59,803 bases of DNA from assembly GCA_019113025.1 (NCBI GenBank), contig DXIF01000103.1, positions 1 through 59,803 of the forward strand. The letters are read 5' to 3'. Source of the DNA: Candidatus Anaerobiospirillum stercoravium. Lineage in GTDB: Bacteria > Pseudomonadota > Gammaproteobacteria > Enterobacterales > Succinivibrionaceae. How positions within the stretch are numbered: position 1 is the stretch's first letter; each line of letters opens with the position of its first letter. The position numbers were made by a program, and so were the translations under genes. Positions 37,266-47,177 of the stretch are shown piece by piece. The notes under the pieces were generated by a model. It was given only the letters and a program-made list of their open reading frames with translations. It was not told where the DNA came from and did no database searches.

Positions 37266-37815
37266 TACCCTACTGCCCCTAGTTGATCGGCCATGCATGG
37301 GCCCGGTCATAAGCCTAGTACCAGCCTTGTTTTGCTCTAAGTCTGGGCCTAATCCTTGGGTTTAGTCTCAGGCTTGGATGCTGGTTGCAAGCTTTGCACC
37401 GACCAATCATTGAATGAAAACTATTTTCACAAGACGACAGAGCGTTACAGGCAAACTCAGTGCACTTTCAGTAAGCGCCCCAAGGCGCCCCTAAGCGGCT
37501 GAGCTCCTGCCGTGATGACTCTTAGCGCTACGCTTCGTAGCGCCAATCCCTTCAGCGATTATATACCTTTTGGGGGCGTGGTTGTACCTAGCGCCCGCGG
37601 TGGTGCGGCTCCATTAGTGAATTAAGTTAAGCCATTTTTAGGCCAGCCCTTTGGGGCAATTTTGTCCCCCGTGGGGTCACAAAAAATGCATGGAGGCGCT
37701 GCGCTCGGCCTGACTAGGCCAAGCCGCGGCCCGCGCGCAGCCCGCGCGTCCGCCGCGCGGCGGACGCGACGCGGCGGCCGACAGCGGCCGCCTGCGGGGC
37801 GCCGGGGCTTAGGCG

Positions 37816-40800
37816 TTAATGGCTGGGGCCCAAGAGCTCGTTGGGGTCAAGGCCCAGGGCCGCGAGGAACTTGTACTCCGGGCGATGCAGCGCGCGACTG
37901 AGGGCAAAGCCATTCTTATGGCCTTGGTTTTTGACGGTGGCAAGGCTCCAGAGCATGAGCTCGACGCTATTGAGTGGCAATTTTAGGCGCTCTGGGCTGC
38001 GCGCAATGGCCTGTTCCACTGACTCATAGAGGCCTTGGCCCAAGAGCGCCACGAGGCTGCCGAGCTGAGGCCATTCCCCTAATACTACGTCGCGTACTAC
38101 GGCGCGCGGGCAGGCGCCGTCTGGGCTGCTGCTAGCGTCTTGGTTGGTGGTGGCACCTGCTTGGTTGCTGCTAGCACCGTCTTGGGTGCACAGGGCGCGC
38201 ACCCGTTCCTCTAATTGTGCGCGCTGGGCGCTCGCGGCATAGACCAAGGCGGCGTCGAGATCGTCGCTGGCGAGCACGGCTTTAAAGGAGTGCAGAGCAC
38301 AGTACTGGGCAAAGTGCTCATCAAGCTCGGTGGATTGGTCGCTGTAGCATTGGAAGATTTGATCGACCAAGGGCTTGACCAGTCCTGGAGTGATGTATTG
38401 AGACAGCGGGGCGATGGCGCGCGCGGGTACCTGCGAGGAAGCGCTCATCAAGTCGTGTTGCGACTTTTGGTACTGCGTGTTGACCTGGGCGGTGTTGAGC
38501 ATCAGGATGTGCTTGAGCATCTCGCTATGGGCTTCATTGCAGTAAAGATACAGATACCACTGCTGGGGCTGTAGCTTGGTCGCATCATAGCTCACGCCAT
38601 AGAGCTGCGGCCACGATACAGGCAGCTTGCGCGCGCGCAAGGTCAGATCGTGGTACTTAAAGCAGGTGGCATTGGGGCCTAAGCTGCCATCTTCAATATT
38701 TTGGATGATCAGCTGGTGGATCTTGTCGCTCGTGGGGTCAAGCTCCATGATCAGGCGCTGTCCTTGCGCGCGCCACGTATGCAATTTATGCAAGAGGGTC
38801 GGGTAGGATAAGTCCGGCCGGGCCATGACCATGAGCGGTGCGGCAATGCTCATCGCGCTGTGGGGCAGCGCTGACGGGGGGCACAAGCTTAAGCCTTGGG
38901 CATAGAGCACGGAGCTTGCTTCCGTAAGCTCGCCTTCATAGGAGGCGCAATAGCACAAGGCGCCATGCTGCGGCAGCGCGAGGGCCGCAAGCTGCAGCGG
39001 GGCGCTCCCGCCCTTAGCGTTAGTTAAGGTTTCCGCTAACTTATGCACCAATTGCTCGGCCTGAGCATCAAGCGCTTGGATCGCCTCTTGGGCATCCGTG
39101 CCATTGGCTTCCGCCTCACTGAGGACTGCGAGCAATTGCTCTGTGGTGTGCTGCGCGATTGCGCGGCGCTGGGCAGCCTCGGCTTGGTGGTCGTAGGGAC
39201 GTGACAGGCGCACATCAAGCAGCATGGGCTCTAACGCGCCTGAGCCTGCGGCCGAGGTCACTACTACCGGGCGGCTCGGCAGCTCCGGCTGCGCGGCGCG
39301 GCGTTTACTGGCCTTAGTCACAGGATCAAGCTCAAAGGGTGCGGCCGGGAGCACGGTCACGGGCGCTGCTGGGCGCTGCGCTAATTGCTCAAACAGGGCC
39401 TCATTGTGGCTGCGCCAAAAGGCCTCGAGCTCCGAGGCGGTCAAGCACTGGGATAAGTGATTAAGGTGCTTGGCGCTAATCGGACCGCTCCAAGGCAGCT
39501 GATAGGCGCCCAGTAAGTCGTTGAGCTGGGCAAAAGTAAGCTTGGGGGTCAGTGCCGCGGCGATAATCAGGGTCGTAAGCAAGGTGGCGTCTTCGTTTGA
39601 GGTCACCAGCTCGCGGATCGCCTCAGGGATGGGACTGAGCTGACACAGCGCGGTTAAGGTCAGGCTGGCGCCCAGACTAGGCTCATGGGTGCGTGCGCTC
39701 GGCAGGGCGACAATATCGGTTAAATGCCACGGCAGCTGCAAAATGTCACTGTCCGGCCCAAGCTTAGTGCTCAACAGCTGGGTAAGCTCAGCTTTCAGCT
39801 CAGGAAAATCCTCTAAGCCGCGTTGGGTCAAGAAGGTCGCAAGATCAAACTTGCTCTCGACATCCAGCCCATGCAAAGCCAGAAACTCCTTGAGCGCGGC
39901 ATGACGGCCCGCCACCCGTGACGGCACCTCGATATAGCCCTCATAATCGTGCGCAGCGGCAGCCGCCGCAGCTGCCGGGGCAGTTGCCGCCGCCGCTGCC
40001 GCTGAGGTAGTTGCCACCGGGCTGATTGCAGCCTCAGCCGGGTTAGTGGCAGCGCTGGCGGTGGGCGCCGCCGGTTCCGCGCTGGGCGTAAGCGTGGTAT
40101 CTGCCAGTGTGGTATCTGTCCGCGTGGTATTAGCGTGCGCGTAATCTGCGCGCGCAACAGCAGCCTTGGTGCTAGCGGCGAGCGCCGTTGAGGCTGGAAC
40201 GGCCTTAGCCAGGAGCGTGGCGGAGGACGCCGCAGCGCCCACGCGCAGCGTATTAGCCGCAGCTCCCGGGCTCGCCGTTGGGGCGGTCGCAATTGCGGCG
40301 GTTGTCGTTGGTGCGGTCACCGTTGGGGCGGGCGCCGTTGGGGCGGTCGCAATTGCGGCGGTTGTCGTTGGGGCGGGCGCCGCATTGTGGGCCGCCACCG
40401 CTGCGGCTTCGTCGCGCAGGGTGTTGGACTGGGCCAGGGCCTGAAGCTTAAGTTTGAGCTTGCCTTTGGGGGCACGCGCTAGGTCGGACAGCCCCGTAAT
40501 TTGGGCGGTGTGCAACAAGGGCTTAGGGGTGGCGCGCTCTTGTTGAGCTGCGCGTTGGGCCGCCAGCTGCGCGGCCAGCTGTTCTTGACGCTGCGCCTCG
40601 CGCTCGGCAGCGGCGCGCTCCTTAGCCTCCGCCGCTTCCTTGGCCTTACGGCGGCGCACCAGCACGCGATTTTTAATTTCCTCGGGGTCGACATCGACAT
40701 TGCCCCGCTCCAATAAAGCGTTGAGCTTTAATTGGTTACGCTCGGTAATATCAGTAGCGCCCGGCTTGGCACCTAACTCCGCGTAGATCGCGTTAGCTAA

Positions 40801-41253
40801 ATCTTGGGTGGTGACGGGCGTACCCTTCGGGACGACTAACACGCCCGCCGGTCGATTGTTGAGGCGGTAAACGTCCACGTCCGCGTACTGGGGGTGCTCC
40901 TGTAAAAAGCGCTCGTTAAATTCGATCTTGCCCACGCCATTAGGCTGGTCGCCAAAGATGCGCCCAATGGTGACAGTGTTAAGGCGGGTATAGCAGCCGG
41001 TCTTCGGGCTTTTACCATAGACGCAGGTACCGACTAAATGGATAAAGTCCGTGCAGGTGGGATCTTTGATTCTTAGGCGACGCCGATTGGCGTACAAAGC
41101 CGGGAATTGGGCTTTGAGCGCCGCACAATCAGGAGCAGATGACATCAGATGCGACCAGTAGTAGTTGTGATAAGTAAGAGTGGGCATAACTAGGAGGTCG
41201 GCCTTTGCCGTAGGTGCAACCCCCTCGTGGTTAGCACTTAGTAACCACGCCAC
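37816..41253 (-). CDS. Large hypothetical protein with remote resemblance to IS1634-type (IS4-like DDE) transposases, probably inactive
   Basis: Uninterrupted 1145-codon ORF. Ordered segments TIGRI..GKIEFNERFLQEHP, SLGASLTL..LPWSGPIS, CASYEGEL, YLYLYCN, FKAVLASDDLDAALVYAASAQRAQLEE and KFLAALGL recall that family's layout. Large Ala/Thr/Pro insertion. Confidence 0.55.
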   Translation of the reverse strand: MAWLLSANHEGVAPTAKADLLVMPTLTYHNYYWSHLMSSAPDCAALKAQFPALYANRRRLRIKDPTCTDFIHLVGTCVYGKSPKTGCYTRLNTVTIGRIFGDQPNGVGKIEFNERFLQEHPQYADVDVYRLNNRPAGVLVVPKGTPVTTQDLANAIYAELGAKPGATDITERNQLKLNALLERGNVDVDPEEIKNRVLVRRRKAKEAAEAKERAAAEREAQRQEQLAAQLAAQRAAQQERATPKPLLHTAQITGLSDLARAPKGKLKLKLQALAQSNTLRDEAAAVAAHNAAPAPTTTAAIATAPTAPAPTVTAPTTTAAIATAPTASPGAAANTLRVGAAASSATLLAKAVPASTALAASTKAAVARADYAHANTTRTDTTLADTTLTPSAEPAAPTASAATNPAEAAISPVATTSAAAAAATAPAAAAAAAAHDYEGYIEVPSRVAGRHAALKEFLALHGLDVESKFDLATFLTQRGLEDFPELKAELTQLLSTKLGPDSDILQLPWHLTDIVALPSARTHEPSLGASLTLTALCQLSPIPEAIRELVTSNEDATLLTTLIIAAALTPKLTFAQLNDLLGAYQLPWSGPISAKHLNHLSQCLTASELEAFWRSHNEALFEQLAQRPAAPVTVLPAAPFELDPVTKASKRRAAQPELPSRPVVVTSAAGSGALEPMLLDVRLSRPYDHQAEAAQRRAIAQHTTEQLLAVLSEAEANGTDAQEAIQALDAQAEQLVHKLAETLTNAKGGSAPLQLAALALPQHGALCYCASYEGELTEASSVLYAQGLSLCPPSALPHSAMSIAAPLMVMARPDLSYPTLLHKLHTWRAQGQRLIMELDPTSDKIHQLIIQNIEDGSLGPNATCFKYHDLTLRARKLPVSWPQLYGVSYDATKLQPQQWYLYLYCNEAHSEMLKHILMLNTAQVNTQYQKSQHDLMSASSQVPARAIAPLSQYITPGLVKPLVDQIFQCYSDQSTELDEHFAQYCALHSFKAVLASDDLDAALVYAASAQRAQLEERVRALCTQDGASSNQAGATTNQDASSSPDGACPRAVVRDVVLGEWPQLGSLVALLGQGLYESVEQAIARSPERLKLPLNSVELMLWSLATVKNQGHKNGFALSRALHRPEYKFLAALGLDPNELLGPSH
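40273..40371 (-). repeat. Coding duplication with 60-bp period (PTTTAAIATAPTA x2)
   Basis: cgccgttggggcggtcgcaattgcggcggttgtcgttgg occurs at 40273 and 40333. Confidence 0.85.
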
Positions 41254-41612
41254 TGCGAAACTCTAAATACGAATCGAATAATGGCTCTCAGTTTAGCAAA
41301 GTTAGGCGCTAAAAGGCGGATTTATGCGAAATTGGCGGCGGGCATGCCCCTTGTGCAGCGCGCGGGCGCGATGCTAGAAATAGCGTTAGCGCAGCGGTAA
41401 CGGCGGCAAGTGGTGGAAGGCAGGTGGGGGAGCGCACGCTCGGGCGCCGCGGGCACGGCGGAAATAGGGGGAGCTGGGCGTAGCAAGAGCGCAGCAAAGG
41501 CGTGCGGCTTGGGCGCGGCTGGGGCGCGGCTTGGTTTGCGCGCGTAGCTTTGGCGTAGCTTTGGCGCCGCTTGGTTTGGGACGCGCCGCTGGGGTTGGGG
41601 TGGCCCAAAAAC

Positions 41613-41652
41613 AAAAAAAGCCAACGTCCGCTTGCGTGACAGTTGACCTTCT
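41613..41652 (-). terminator. Probable terminator downstream of tRNA-Leu
   Basis: Minus strand GGTCAAC...GTTGGC followed by TTTTTTT. Confidence 0.55.
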
Positions 41653-41671
41653 TGTCTCATTCTTTGTTATA

Positions 41672-41754
41672 TGGTGCCCAGGGCGGGACTCGAACCCGCA
41701 CTCTCGCGAACTACCCCCTCAAAGTAGCGTGTCTACCAGTTCCACCACCTGGGC
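41672..41754 (-). tRNA. tRNA-Leu (anticodon GAG)
   Basis: Reverse complement GCCCAGGTGGTGGAACTGGTAGACACGCTACTTTGAGGGGGTAG..GGTTCGAGTCCCGCCCTGGGCACCA; cloverleaf, variable arm, encoded CCA; similar to E. coli leuU. Confidence 0.97.
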
Positions 41755-41806
41755 ATATAACAACTATGTGTGTTGCTGGACATACTCTGTCGTCGCAACG
41801 GTGCCC

Positions 41807-41834
41807 ATTATAAGGAAAATTATCCCGCTGTAAA
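41807..41834 (-). promoter_or_regulatory. Stable-RNA-type sigma70 promoter for tRNA-Leu
   Basis: TTTACA-16 nt-TATAAT-GGGCAC (GC-rich discriminator), AT-rich upstream. Confidence 0.8.
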
Positions 41835-42147
41835 GAACTTTTTACGTAATTTTATGTAATTTCGGGCCTGCTCCCTGCGGTTGCGATTTCTAAGCCATTT
41901 TTAGAGCTGGCTCACAAATCTCAATAATACCTCCCCATATCTGCTTGCAAAATGTTGTGCCTTGACTTTTGGGGCTGTAATGCGCATGCCCGCTCGCGGG
42001 AAGTGCGCTATGATGGTCAGTGATGTCAGCTGCTCAAGAGCGGTGCTGGTATCAGGAGAGAAGCCGCGCCCAGTGGCGGTCAGACTCAGGCCTTAGGGCG
42101 TGACAGGCTGAGGCGGAGCGTAGGTCATGGTGACGCGCGGACAGCTT

Positions 42148-42188
42148 GCGTGGGACTGCCAAGCGCGTGGGACTGCCAAGCGCGTGGG
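42148..42188 (+). repeat. 17-bp tandem repeat x2.4
   Basis: gcgtgggactgccaagc gcgtgggactgccaagc gcgtggg. Confidence 0.85.
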
Positions 42189-42559
42189 GCGGGTGAGACG
42201 GTGTAGCTTCAGTGCTGATTTTGTGGGTGTGATCACAGTGTAAAGAGATGACGGCCCACGAAGTCTGGGTGAGATCTGCGTTTGGCATGAAAAGCGCTAC
42301 AAATGGGCTTCAGCGGGCTTGGGTTTACCGTCCCAATACGCAGTGTAAACGTTTAACTGTGGCGCAGAATCGGGATTGTTTGAGTGGGTGTAGGGCGCTT
42401 GAGCGCGCGGCACGGGCTTGAGCAAACTTGATGACGGCGTACAAGTTTGGGCTGAGTGGACGGCCCTTATTTTTGGGTCCACGACGGGACTGACATCGGC
42501 TCAAATAGGTGGTGAGCACCCCAAGACGCTCGCCCCAGAGGTCATCATCAAGGTTTGCT

Positions 42560-45500
42560 ATGGCTAGTTTCAGTGACAGCACTATGCAGCAAGCAGCAGA
42601 ACGCAATGCTGGAGGTACGGCTGGAGGCAATACTGTAGGTAATACGACCGCAGCAGGGGCTGATGAGTGGTATGACCAAGGCTTTGACCTCAATGATGAG
42701 AGCCAAATCTACGATTACGCCCAAAGTGGGATCAACCCGGACTTAATCCCGTCAGCTGAGCAAAAGCTCGAGGCCTCGGAGTACAACCAAGTACGCTCCG
42801 ATGCCCAAGAATCGTTGCAAGCGGGCAATTTAAAGCTCGATATCGAACAGGTCGGCCAAATCGCCGCCGGTAGCGCCGAGCGGCGGGGCCCGCGCCGCGG
42901 CACCATCACCGTGGGCGGTCAGGGCAAGATTGAAGATATCCCGCTTTCGCTCGAGCGCGAAATAGCACAAGACAGTATCTACACTGAAGCCTATCAAGCC
43001 AAAGCGAAGCAAGAAGAGGCCGCCGCCGCTGCCGCCGCCGCGGCCAAGGCTCAGGGGCCAACTAGCGTCTACAGCGATGATTATCTGGCGCAAAAGGAGC
43101 AAGCTGAGGCCAGTGAGGCGGCGCTTGATCCCAACCACCCTGACTATGCGGGGAACGATGAGTTTTCTACCCGTGTGAGCCACCCCGGAGGCTTAAGTGA
43201 TGCCGACTTGCGCTTCTTGCAGACCCAGCGCTTAAAGGAGCAAGAGGGCAGTGGCGCCAAGGCAGTACTGCCGCCTGATAGCGCTAAGATCAATCAGGTG
43301 AGCGCGGAGTCTCAGCCTCTGGGTCAGAGCCGCACGGCGTCACGCCGCGAGGGCTCACGCAATGAGCGCATCTTGCAGCGCGCGCAAGAGCGGCGCAATG
43401 AGCAGCGCGAAGCGCGGGAGCGCCGCAAGCAGCAGTTGCAAGAGCAGCAGGAGCGCTTGCAACAGCAGCAAGCCGATGAGCAGGCCCGCACGGAGGCGGC
43501 AGCCTCGCGCTTACAACGGGCGCAATTGAGCCGGGCGGCGCAAGAAGCGCAAGCGGCCCGCGCTGCCCGCCCCGATGACCAATACCTTAAGCATCAGGCC
43601 GCCGCGATGCTGGCGCAGCAACAGCGCTCGGCGCAGCGCTCAGCGCAGCGCTCGAATCTGCGCCCAGGGCAGCGTTCGGCCCAGTCGGCTCAGATCTCGC
43701 ACAATTTGGCGGTATTGCAGCGCCACAAGCAAGAGCGGGCCGCAGATTTAGCTCAGCGTAATAAGGAGCATCGCAATCAACACGCCGCGCAGCTTTATGC
43801 GCGTCAAGCTCGGGACCATGAAGCGGCACGGGTGCAGGCAGCCAAGCTCGCGCGTCACGGTTCCTACCAATTTGAGCCAGTGGAGCAACGCGCCTCGGCG
43901 TTAGATTCGCTGGCGGCCACCGGTGAGGCCTTAGTGCCGCAAGAGCAAAAAGCGCGGCTCTCCGCCTTAGATGCGGTGGGCTCAGGGGCCGAACTCATGG
44001 ACCAAGCCCCCTTTGATCCTGATTCCGATGCCGGGAGTGCTACCTTTAACGCGCTGCAAGATGGCTCCTATGCTCAAGCGCGCGCGCAAGAGCTCCAAGC
44101 CTCGGCTGAGGCCAAAGCTCAATATGAGGCTGAGGTGGCGGCTCGTTCGCAGGAGTTGCAAAGCCGTTTGGCACAACTTGATGCTAACCGCGCGGCGCAG
44201 GAAGCCGAACACGCGCAGCAATTGGCCCAAGAGCAGGCGCTTGCAGCTGAGTTTGATGCTTGGGCCCATGAAAAGGGCGGCCCCCTAGGGGCGGGCGCGA
44301 CGCATCGGCCGACGCGCAGCCTTGATGAGTTTGCCAACTTAAACACGCCGACGCATCAGCGCACCAAGAGTATCTACGATTTTGAGGATCTGCGCACCGC
44401 TGAACACCACCGCACCAAGAGTTTGGATGACTTCCAAGATATCTCATCAGGGCAGCGTGGCTTTGGTTCAGGTGCGGCGGGCAGTAGTGGCAGCGGCCAG
44501 TTTTTTGCGGCGCCGACAAGCAAACGGCCGCCTGCGGATTTGGTTTCAGGCGGGGCCACGCGCGAAGAGCATGACTTTGGCACCTATCTTTATGGCTCAT
44601 CGATTGGCGATTCGGCCTTAGAGCAAGATGCCAATATGCAAGAGTACGCTGATACTGACCACGCCTTTGAGGTGCTGCAGCGCAAGGGCAGGCGCATGGC
44701 CTATGGGCGCCAGCAAGCTCAAGTTCAAGCAAGTGAGCCCGGCATCGCAGTGGGCGCCGGTATTGGCCGCTCTGAGCTCAGCTCGGGCGGCGGTTACGAC
44801 GCCGGCGGCGGCGTGGGGCGCACTTATAGCGATGGTGGGGGCTCAGGGATTGAGGCCGGAGCCGGTTTAGGCCGCAGCGAGTTAAATCACCGCGCCAGCT
44901 ATGACGCCGGTGGCGGCGCCGGGCGCGGTCCGGGCGCGGCGCCCAGCACGTTTGAGGCGGTGGGGGGCTTAGGGCGCATGGGGGGACCTACGCGCGAGTT
45001 TATCCCTCAGCAACAGGGCCGCAATGGCCTGAGTTCATCCGATTACCTAGGACCAGCACAACGAGGAGCAAGTGTGGCTAATCAAATGCAAAACGGTGCA
45101 GGCGGCGCTGTGCGGCGGCCTCAAGGCGCTCACGAGGAGTTACCACCACCAACGGAGCAATTAGCAGATATGAGCACGGCTGGACATAGAGCGCGCGGCG
45201 AGCAAGAAAAGTCGCTCGAGGAGTTAGCCCGCGAGTATCCAGGCTTGTCGATGGAGCATCTTGTCAAGCTCAAGCGCTCTTCCAATCGTTGTCACTTGGT
45301 GTCACGTACCCCAGTGTTTGACGCGGCGTCCAACATTGCCATGTATGAACTTAAGTTCACTGCGGGCAAGGTGTTCCAAGTCAACGCCTTAAAGAGCGAG
45401 CATGTCTATCACGTGCTCTTTGGCTACTTTATTCGCCGCGGCGTGTCCTGCTTTATCGGGCGCAATCGCCATGTCCTGGTCATGATGCCGCTGACCTACG

Positions 45501-46564
45501 ACTTCGTCGATTACCTGGAGCGCTATTCGGTGAGCCGCGTGGTGCTGCGCATTTGCCCAGAGCAGCCGGTCACGCCGTCGGCCTTGCACTTGCTTACCCA
45601 GCTGCGCCGCAACGGCATGAGCTTTGCCATTGACCTGATGCTCCTCATCAAAAAGGAGTGGAACAAGGCGATCTTGTCGATTGAGTACGTCATGATCGAC
45701 ATGTCGGGCAAGGTCAACGAGCAGCTCAACGTGTTCCAGCGCTTAAAGAGCAAGGCGCCATGGCTCAAGACCATTGGTTTTAACGATACCAAGGGCGATG
45801 GCTATGCCTATCTGGCCAAGCGCATGATCGACTTCCTCGATGGCCCATTGTGGAACCCACCAATCGTGCTCAACCAAGACATCAAGAACTTTGCCACCGC
45901 GCAAAACGAGGTCTTGGTCTTGATCCGCGAGCTGTTCAAGGAGCAGCCTAATTACACCGTCTTCCAGCGCTTCTTAAAGGGGCATGAGTCGATGGCTCGC
46001 GATATGGCGGTGTTCTTGTATCGCTTCCGCCACGCTTCGCCGCGCCAAGTCCAGAACATCAGCGAGCTGTACAACTTCCTGTTGGAGTACAGCGCCAATC
46101 GCTGCTTCTCGGTCATGGCAGCGCGCGCCATCATGCTCACCTACATCAAGGCGGCCAATCACTCCAGCCAGAGCATCTTGCAGGAGCACTACATCCAAGG
46201 CTTGGTGCGCGGCTACTTCTGTGAGTACATCTCCAAGGTCTTCAACGACCCATTTGTTGAGCGCTACGGCTTCCAATCGGGCATGTTCTCCTTGCTGCAC
46301 ATGTTCTTGCTCAAAGAAGAGGTCGATGTCATCGCCGATGACAGCTACAACGACATCTTCGATCGCATTTACGGCGACAGCGAGCTGATGGCCGACATCA
46401 TCGAGTGTGTCCAAGCCATTGAGGCGACCGATCTCACCGCGATTTTCACCTTCATCCAGAAGTATCAGGTGCCACCGGCCTCCGTCTTGATCAGCTACGA
46501 AAAGGCCCTGATGCGCACCAATGAGCTCTTGCTGGTGCTCAACATCATCACCAACCGCAAGTAG
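42560..46564 (+). CDS. Giant low-complexity protein with C-terminal degenerate EAL-HDOD (YuxH/CdgJ-like) module
   Basis: ~900 aa of acidic, Gln/Arg/Ala coiled-coil and Gly-rich repeats; then VSRTPVFD..MYELKF, VVLRICPE..LRRNGMSFAIDLM, IEYVMID, FLDGPLWNPP and a helical HDOD-like tail (RGYFCE, FQSGMFSLL). Confidence 0.7.
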   Translation: MASFSDSTMQQAAERNAGGTAGGNTVGNTTAAGADEWYDQGFDLNDESQIYDYAQSGINPDLIPSAEQKLEASEYNQVRSDAQESLQAGNLKLDIEQVGQIAAGSAERRGPRRGTITVGGQGKIEDIPLSLEREIAQDSIYTEAYQAKAKQEEAAAAAAAAAKAQGPTSVYSDDYLAQKEQAEASEAALDPNHPDYAGNDEFSTRVSHPGGLSDADLRFLQTQRLKEQEGSGAKAVLPPDSAKINQVSAESQPLGQSRTASRREGSRNERILQRAQERRNEQREARERRKQQLQEQQERLQQQQADEQARTEAAASRLQRAQLSRAAQEAQAARAARPDDQYLKHQAAAMLAQQQRSAQRSAQRSNLRPGQRSAQSAQISHNLAVLQRHKQERAADLAQRNKEHRNQHAAQLYARQARDHEAARVQAAKLARHGSYQFEPVEQRASALDSLAATGEALVPQEQKARLSALDAVGSGAELMDQAPFDPDSDAGSATFNALQDGSYAQARAQELQASAEAKAQYEAEVAARSQELQSRLAQLDANRAAQEAEHAQQLAQEQALAAEFDAWAHEKGGPLGAGATHRPTRSLDEFANLNTPTHQRTKSIYDFEDLRTAEHHRTKSLDDFQDISSGQRGFGSGAAGSSGSGQFFAAPTSKRPPADLVSGGATREEHDFGTYLYGSSIGDSALEQDANMQEYADTDHAFEVLQRKGRRMAYGRQQAQVQASEPGIAVGAGIGRSELSSGGGYDAGGGVGRTYSDGGGSGIEAGAGLGRSELNHRASYDAGGGAGRGPGAAPSTFEAVGGLGRMGGPTREFIPQQQGRNGLSSSDYLGPAQRGASVANQMQNGAGGAVRRPQGAHEELPPPTEQLADMSTAGHRARGEQEKSLEELAREYPGLSMEHLVKLKRSSNRCHLVSRTPVFDAASNIAMYELKFTAGKVFQVNALKSEHVYHVLFGYFIRRGVSCFIGRNRHVLVMMPLTYDFVDYLERYSVSRVVLRICPEQPVTPSALHLLTQLRRNGMSFAIDLMLLIKKEWNKAILSIEYVMIDMSGKVNEQLNVFQRLKSKAPWLKTIGFNDTKGDGYAYLAKRMIDFLDGPLWNPPIVLNQDIKNFATAQNEVLVLIRELFKEQPNYTVFQRFLKGHESMARDMAVFLYRFRHASPRQVQNISELYNFLLEYSANRCFSVMAARAIMLTYIKAANHSSQSILQEHYIQGLVRGYFCEYISKVFNDPFVERYGFQSGMFSLLHMFLLKEEVDVIADDSYNDIFDRIYGDSELMADIIECVQAIEATDLTAIFTFIQKYQVPPASVLISYEKALMRTNELLLVLNIITNRK

Positions 46565-47177
46565 GCGCGCCGCCCATGCGCTCACGCACCGCGCCGCGCG
46601 CTGCCTGCGCCCACGTGCCGCGCTTGGCGCTGCCCGCGCTCACGCACCAGTGCTGCGCCGCCTGGCGCCACCGCTGTGCGCTGCTGGGGCCGCACGCGTG
46701 GTGCCACCCGCGTGCGGCCTCACGCATGGGGCTTTGTAATTCTTTTGACGATCGCTCGCGCAAAAGTCGCTCCAGCAAAGCGCCGCGCCGCGGTGCAGCG
46801 TGTGTTGATCAGCGAGGGTGCGTTCGCTTCGTGGTTGGAGCTAGGGGGCGGGGCTTGGGGTGAGCTTTATGCGCGCGGCCTTAATTGAGGCAGTGCTCGC
46901 GGCTTTTGGCACTTCAATTGCAGCTGGGCTTAAGATGGTGCGCACAAGGCGTTAGTGTGCCTTGCGCCTGCTGCATCATCAGTGCTTAAAGTCCGTGGTT
47001 TTGGGTTAGGTAAGAAGTAAGAACGCGGCCTTATTGTCGGTGAAATATATTTAGGACAAGGGCCTCAGGAGAGATGCACTGAGAGTGGACTCGCGGTAAG
47101 TCCCGCGTCAGCAAGTAGTTTAAGGCTTGATGCGGCTTAGGTAGGCTCGACTTGAGTTACAGATGGTTTTTAGGTAG

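Noticed and set aside
36261-41671. Active integrative element or prophage at tRNA-Leu
   Set aside because: No integrase, phage genes, att duplication or compositional shift is visible.
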